In this document: positions 61,016 to 64,000 of the stretch, one piece after another
Layout of the letters: each line of letters opens with the position of its first letter
How positions within the stretch are numbered: the stretch's first letter is position 1
NCBI GenBank assembly: GCA_963701075.1
Contig: OY969559.1
Span: 640,001 to 704,000 of the forward strand
Source of the DNA: an uncultured Nitrososphaerota archaeon
GTDB taxonomy: Archaea > Thermoproteota > Nitrososphaeria > Nitrososphaerales > Nitrosopumilaceae
DNA length: 64,000 nt
Direction: 5' to 3'
Notes under the pieces: model-generated
Told to the model about the DNA's origin: nothing
The model's input: only the letters and a program-made list of their open reading frames with translations
Database searches by the model: none
Translations under genes and position numbers: made by a program

Positions 61016-62581
61016 ATGGCAGGCAAGAGGATAGTTCTTACCGCAGATCGTAGCTTGATGACTAATTATCGTGGTAATTTTCTTTATGGTTTCATTGCAT
61101 GTGGACCTTATGAGGTTATACCAGAATGGGTTTTTGATAAAGTGTTTTGCCCTCCTGTGGAAACCAATGTGGTAACTGGTGAAGCAAAAGTTGCTCAGGT
61201 CGGATTGCGTAGAGTAGAGGCAGCACTATTACAAGGTTACACACGAGACGAGATATTTATTGCAAATCCTGATTATCTTGAAAAATGTATAGGTCCTGAT
61301 ACTAAAGTTGTAGGGATAAATGTAATGGATCCACTTGGAATGGCTCCTGTTACTACTACCATGTCTCCTGAAAAACTATCGTATGTTGCAATGAAATTCA
61401 AAAGAATGTGTGCTAAGATCATTCAGCTCAAGAAAAAATACAATTTTCATGTAGCAGTTGGTGGAAACGGAGTCTGGGAGCTTGCAAAAACTGAAAGGAT
61501 GAAAATTCACGGTCTTGATACTGTAGTCGTGGGAGAAGCAGACGAACTTGCATTAGATCTATTTCACGATCTCGAAAAGGGTGATGCCCCAGAACTAATG
61601 CATTGCTTTGTAAAAAACATTCAAAACATTCCAATGATTCAAGGTCCCACTGTTAACTCGCTTATTGAAGCCATGCGGGGATGTGGAAGAGGTTGCGACT
61701 TTTGTGATGTAAACAAAAGATCAAAGAAGGATCTTCCACTTGAAAGACTACAACAAGAAGCAAAAATAAATCTAGATTATGGATTTGATTCAATTTGGTT
61801 ACATTCTGATGAAATGTTGCTTTATGGTTGTGACAATCGGGAGTTTAGACCGAACTATGATGCAATAACTGAATTATGGAAAGGGCTCAAATCTCTAGGA
61901 GTTAGATTTGTAGGGACCACCCACATGACATTTTCTGCTGTGTGTGCAGATCCTAAACTATTTCACGATATTTCAGCAATTAATGGCATGAGTAATGAAA
62001 AGTGGTTGGCAACAAATCTTGGTATAGAAACAGTAGCACCAAGAATGGTGAAGAAGCATCTTGGAGTCAAGACAAAACCGTTTTCTACAGATGAATGGGG
62101 ATGGGTTGTCAGAGAGGGTGCAAAGATAATGAATCAGAACCATTGGTTCCCAGCAGCGACTTTGATTATTGGATGGCCAGATGAAACACCAGATGAAACA
62201 CAGTATACTATCGATTTAATTGAAGACTTTAAACACACAAACATGAGAGGTATTGTCGCACCATTGCTTTATCAAGACTTTAACGAAAAGAATTCGATGC
62301 ACTTTGGCAATCTCAATGAGGCGCAATTTACATTATTCTGGAAGTGCTGGGAACACAACTTGAGAGTAATTAACGATATTATTCCTATAATTCTTAGAAA
62401 TAAGTCGTATGGTACTTTGATGAAGCCTGTGATGTATGGCATGATTAAAGCTGGAACTTGGGCAATAATGCGTTACTTGCGAGGTTTATCCAAGGAATTG
62501 TTCAATGGCAAGCTTCCTGAAGATATTATGGAAAAGTATGCCAGAAGCAGGTCAGTCAATGCTCCTGCTTACACTAAGTAG
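61016..62581 (+). CDS. Radical SAM protein with an N-terminal B12-binding-like domain
   Basis: RGCGRGCDFC (CxxxCxxC), VVVGEA, GIET and IIGWPDET. Confidence 0.85.
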   Translation: MAGKRIVLTADRSLMTNYRGNFLYGFIACGPYEVIPEWVFDKVFCPPVETNVVTGEAKVAQVGLRRVEAALLQGYTRDEIFIANPDYLEKCIGPDTKVVGINVMDPLGMAPVTTTMSPEKLSYVAMKFKRMCAKIIQLKKKYNFHVAVGGNGVWELAKTERMKIHGLDTVVVGEADELALDLFHDLEKGDAPELMHCFVKNIQNIPMIQGPTVNSLIEAMRGCGRGCDFCDVNKRSKKDLPLERLQQEAKINLDYGFDSIWLHSDEMLLYGCDNREFRPNYDAITELWKGLKSLGVRFVGTTHMTFSAVCADPKLFHDISAINGMSNEKWLATNLGIETVAPRMVKKHLGVKTKPFSTDEWGWVVREGAKIMNQNHWFPAATLIIGWPDETPDETQYTIDLIEDFKHTNMRGIVAPLLYQDFNEKNSMHFGNLNEAQFTLFWKCWEHNLRVINDIIPIILRNKSYGTLMKPVMYGMIKAGTWAIMRYLRGLSKELFNGKLPEDIMEKYARSRSVNAPAYTK

Positions 62582-62924
62582 ATTTCTCGAGTTCTTTAAT
62601 CGCTGCATCTGCAATTGTGTTTCTTTTTGGAGTTAGAACAACAAAATAGCTTTTATCCGCCCGTTCTGCTACATCGACTAGCCTATATTTTCTCAGATTC
62701 ATATCAAATTCCAACATCTTTCCATCAAGCTTGCCTTTTGTATAGATTATAAGGTAAGAATTGCCAGTTGCAGGGCTCAAGGGGATAATTGAAAAGATGT
62801 ATCCTTTGTAGGAACTTATTGGTAGCATGTTTTTCATCGGCGGTGCCATGGTAGCCATGTATACAAACATGTCTTCTAGAGAATTAAATTCTTCGAACTC
62901 AAAATTCATCATTCCATCTTTCAT
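62574..62924 (-). CDS. Hypothetical protein
   Basis: 116-aa ORF convergent with the radical SAM gene. Confidence 0.65.
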   Translation of the reverse strand: MKDGMMNFEFEEFNSLEDMFVYMATMAPPMKNMLPISSYKGYIFSIIPLSPATGNSYLIIYTKGKLDGKMLEFDMNLRKYRLVDVAERADKSYFVVLTPKRNTIADAAIKELEKST

Positions 62925-63058
62925 TTAGTCGTATAATAATCTAAGTACCTTGTCAATAATGTAGTAAATAAATTCAGAATATTAACACGTGACAAAAATC
63001 AACCTAGACAATAAAAATTTTGAAGATCAGAGTTTGCAGATAAGTCTAAAAGAAAATG

Positions 63059-64000
63059 TTAGTATTTTGGCATCAATCTTAGTCCAGTCTTTGCAGATAC
63101 TGCAATTATTGATGTGATCGCAATTGCAAGTACTAGAGCTGCTATTGGGCCAAACTCTGGAACTGAAACTGTGCCGACAACATCTATTGTCGTATCTCCC
63201 TTGTGGAAGGATATGCCTAGTGTTCTAGTGGTTGTGCTTTTCGTTTCAGTAAACTGTACGTTTTGTCCTCCGTCTTGAACAATGAATGATGAATCTGGCT
63301 CCTCTGCTGGGTTGACTGACGTGGTTGACGTCGAGTTTACCGCTGTTGATACAGGTGGCAATGCTTTGGCATCTATGAGTGCTCTTGGGAGGCTTATAGA
63401 CAACGAGCCATTTGATGATGTGTTAATGGTGATTGCAAGTGTAGTCTGCTGCCCGAGTATCTGCATGTTTTGTATAGTTCCACCCTCTATTGTATATGGT
63501 ATGTTGAAAGTTCCAGCGGGAGTTTGTAACGCATAAGTACCAGTTGTAGGTGCGGATATGACTTCTTGTCCGTTGCCGCCGTTATATGTGAAGCTAGTAG
63601 TAGTGTTTAGAGATGGGCCATATTGTGCAACTATTGTGTAATTGCCTGCTGTTGTCCATAATGGACCAGTAGCAAGAACTTTGGTAGAAAAACTACCATC
63701 TGAGGCGGGGACAAACTGTGCTATTGAAACCATGTTTTTTAATGAATTCATGATTCTTACAGTAACGGCAGTATCGTTTGATATGTTTTTGACTGCGCCA
63801 TTGATAACTATTGTGTCGCCTTGATTATAACTTGGAGAATTCGTCTGTACTGAGAGGGGTGGAAGACTTGATGCTGTCAGGCTACCGTTGTGTTCTTGCT
63901 GGAGATACTGGTATGCGTTCATGGTGCCAGCATTTGGATTTGCTACTGTGGCATTCAGCATATTAACATTAGCTCCTATAGTTCCTGTGGCTGTCACTGT
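63059..64000 (-). CDS. PEFG-CTERM sorting domain surface protein (5' end lies beyond the window)
   Basis: C-terminal VPEFGPIAALVLAIAITSIIAVSAK followed by a basic tail; T/S-rich Ig-like body. Confidence 0.9.
   Translation of the reverse strand, partial: TVTATGTIGANVNMLNATVANPNAGTMNAYQYLQQEHNGSLTASSLPPLSVQTNSPSYNQGDTIVINGAVKNISNDTAVTVRIMNSLKNMVSIAQFVPASDGSFSTKVLATGPLWTTAGNYTIVAQYGPSLNTTTSFTYNGGNGQEVISAPTTGTYALQTPAGTFNIPYTIEGGTIQNMQILGQQTTLAITINTSSNGSLSISLPRALIDAKALPPVSTAVNSTSTTSVNPAEEPDSSFIVQDGGQNVQFTETKSTTTRTLGISFHKGDTTIDVVGTVSVPEFGPIAALVLAIAITSIIAVSAKTGLRLMPKY

Noticed and set aside
948-63824. Many 60-215 aa antisense or alternate-frame ORFs (e.g. 2957-3415, 27129-27512, 30676-31239, 35671-36114, 59883-60530)
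   Set aside because: They overlap well-supported genes and have no motifs; they are shadow ORFs.

Overview
Core chromosomal segment of an ammonia-oxidising archaeon (Nitrososphaerota/Thaumarchaeota). The Nitrosotalea-like placement is an inference from the PEFG-CTERM protein, the Rieske-cytochrome b-cupredoxin complex III, S-layer-like proteins and the low GC content. The window holds nucleotide-sugar genes, mtnA, F420 genes, a surface subtilase, complex III, tRNA-modification genes (tgtA, kae1, bud32, taw1), a mevalonate/gltX/rps2/eno/rpoN cluster, glmS-rps4-rps13, an AAA+/vWA pair, nickel-pincer cofactor genes (larB, larC, larE with iscS and mdh) and four tRNAs. Three signals stand out. (1) All 12 frameshifts I could resolve, in 10 otherwise intact genes, are single-base indels in or right beside the palindrome AGCT. 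This points to a host DNA modification at AGCT that caused systematic base-calling errors, not to pseudogenes. (2) An intact IS701-family element with an 18-bp TIR and 5-bp TSD interrupts a membrane protein carrying two AmoC/PmoC-like D-x3-H-x12-H motifs. (3) The NPN cofactor cluster has no larA in the window, and its CxxC-C type larE is translationally coupled to a cysteine desulfurase.
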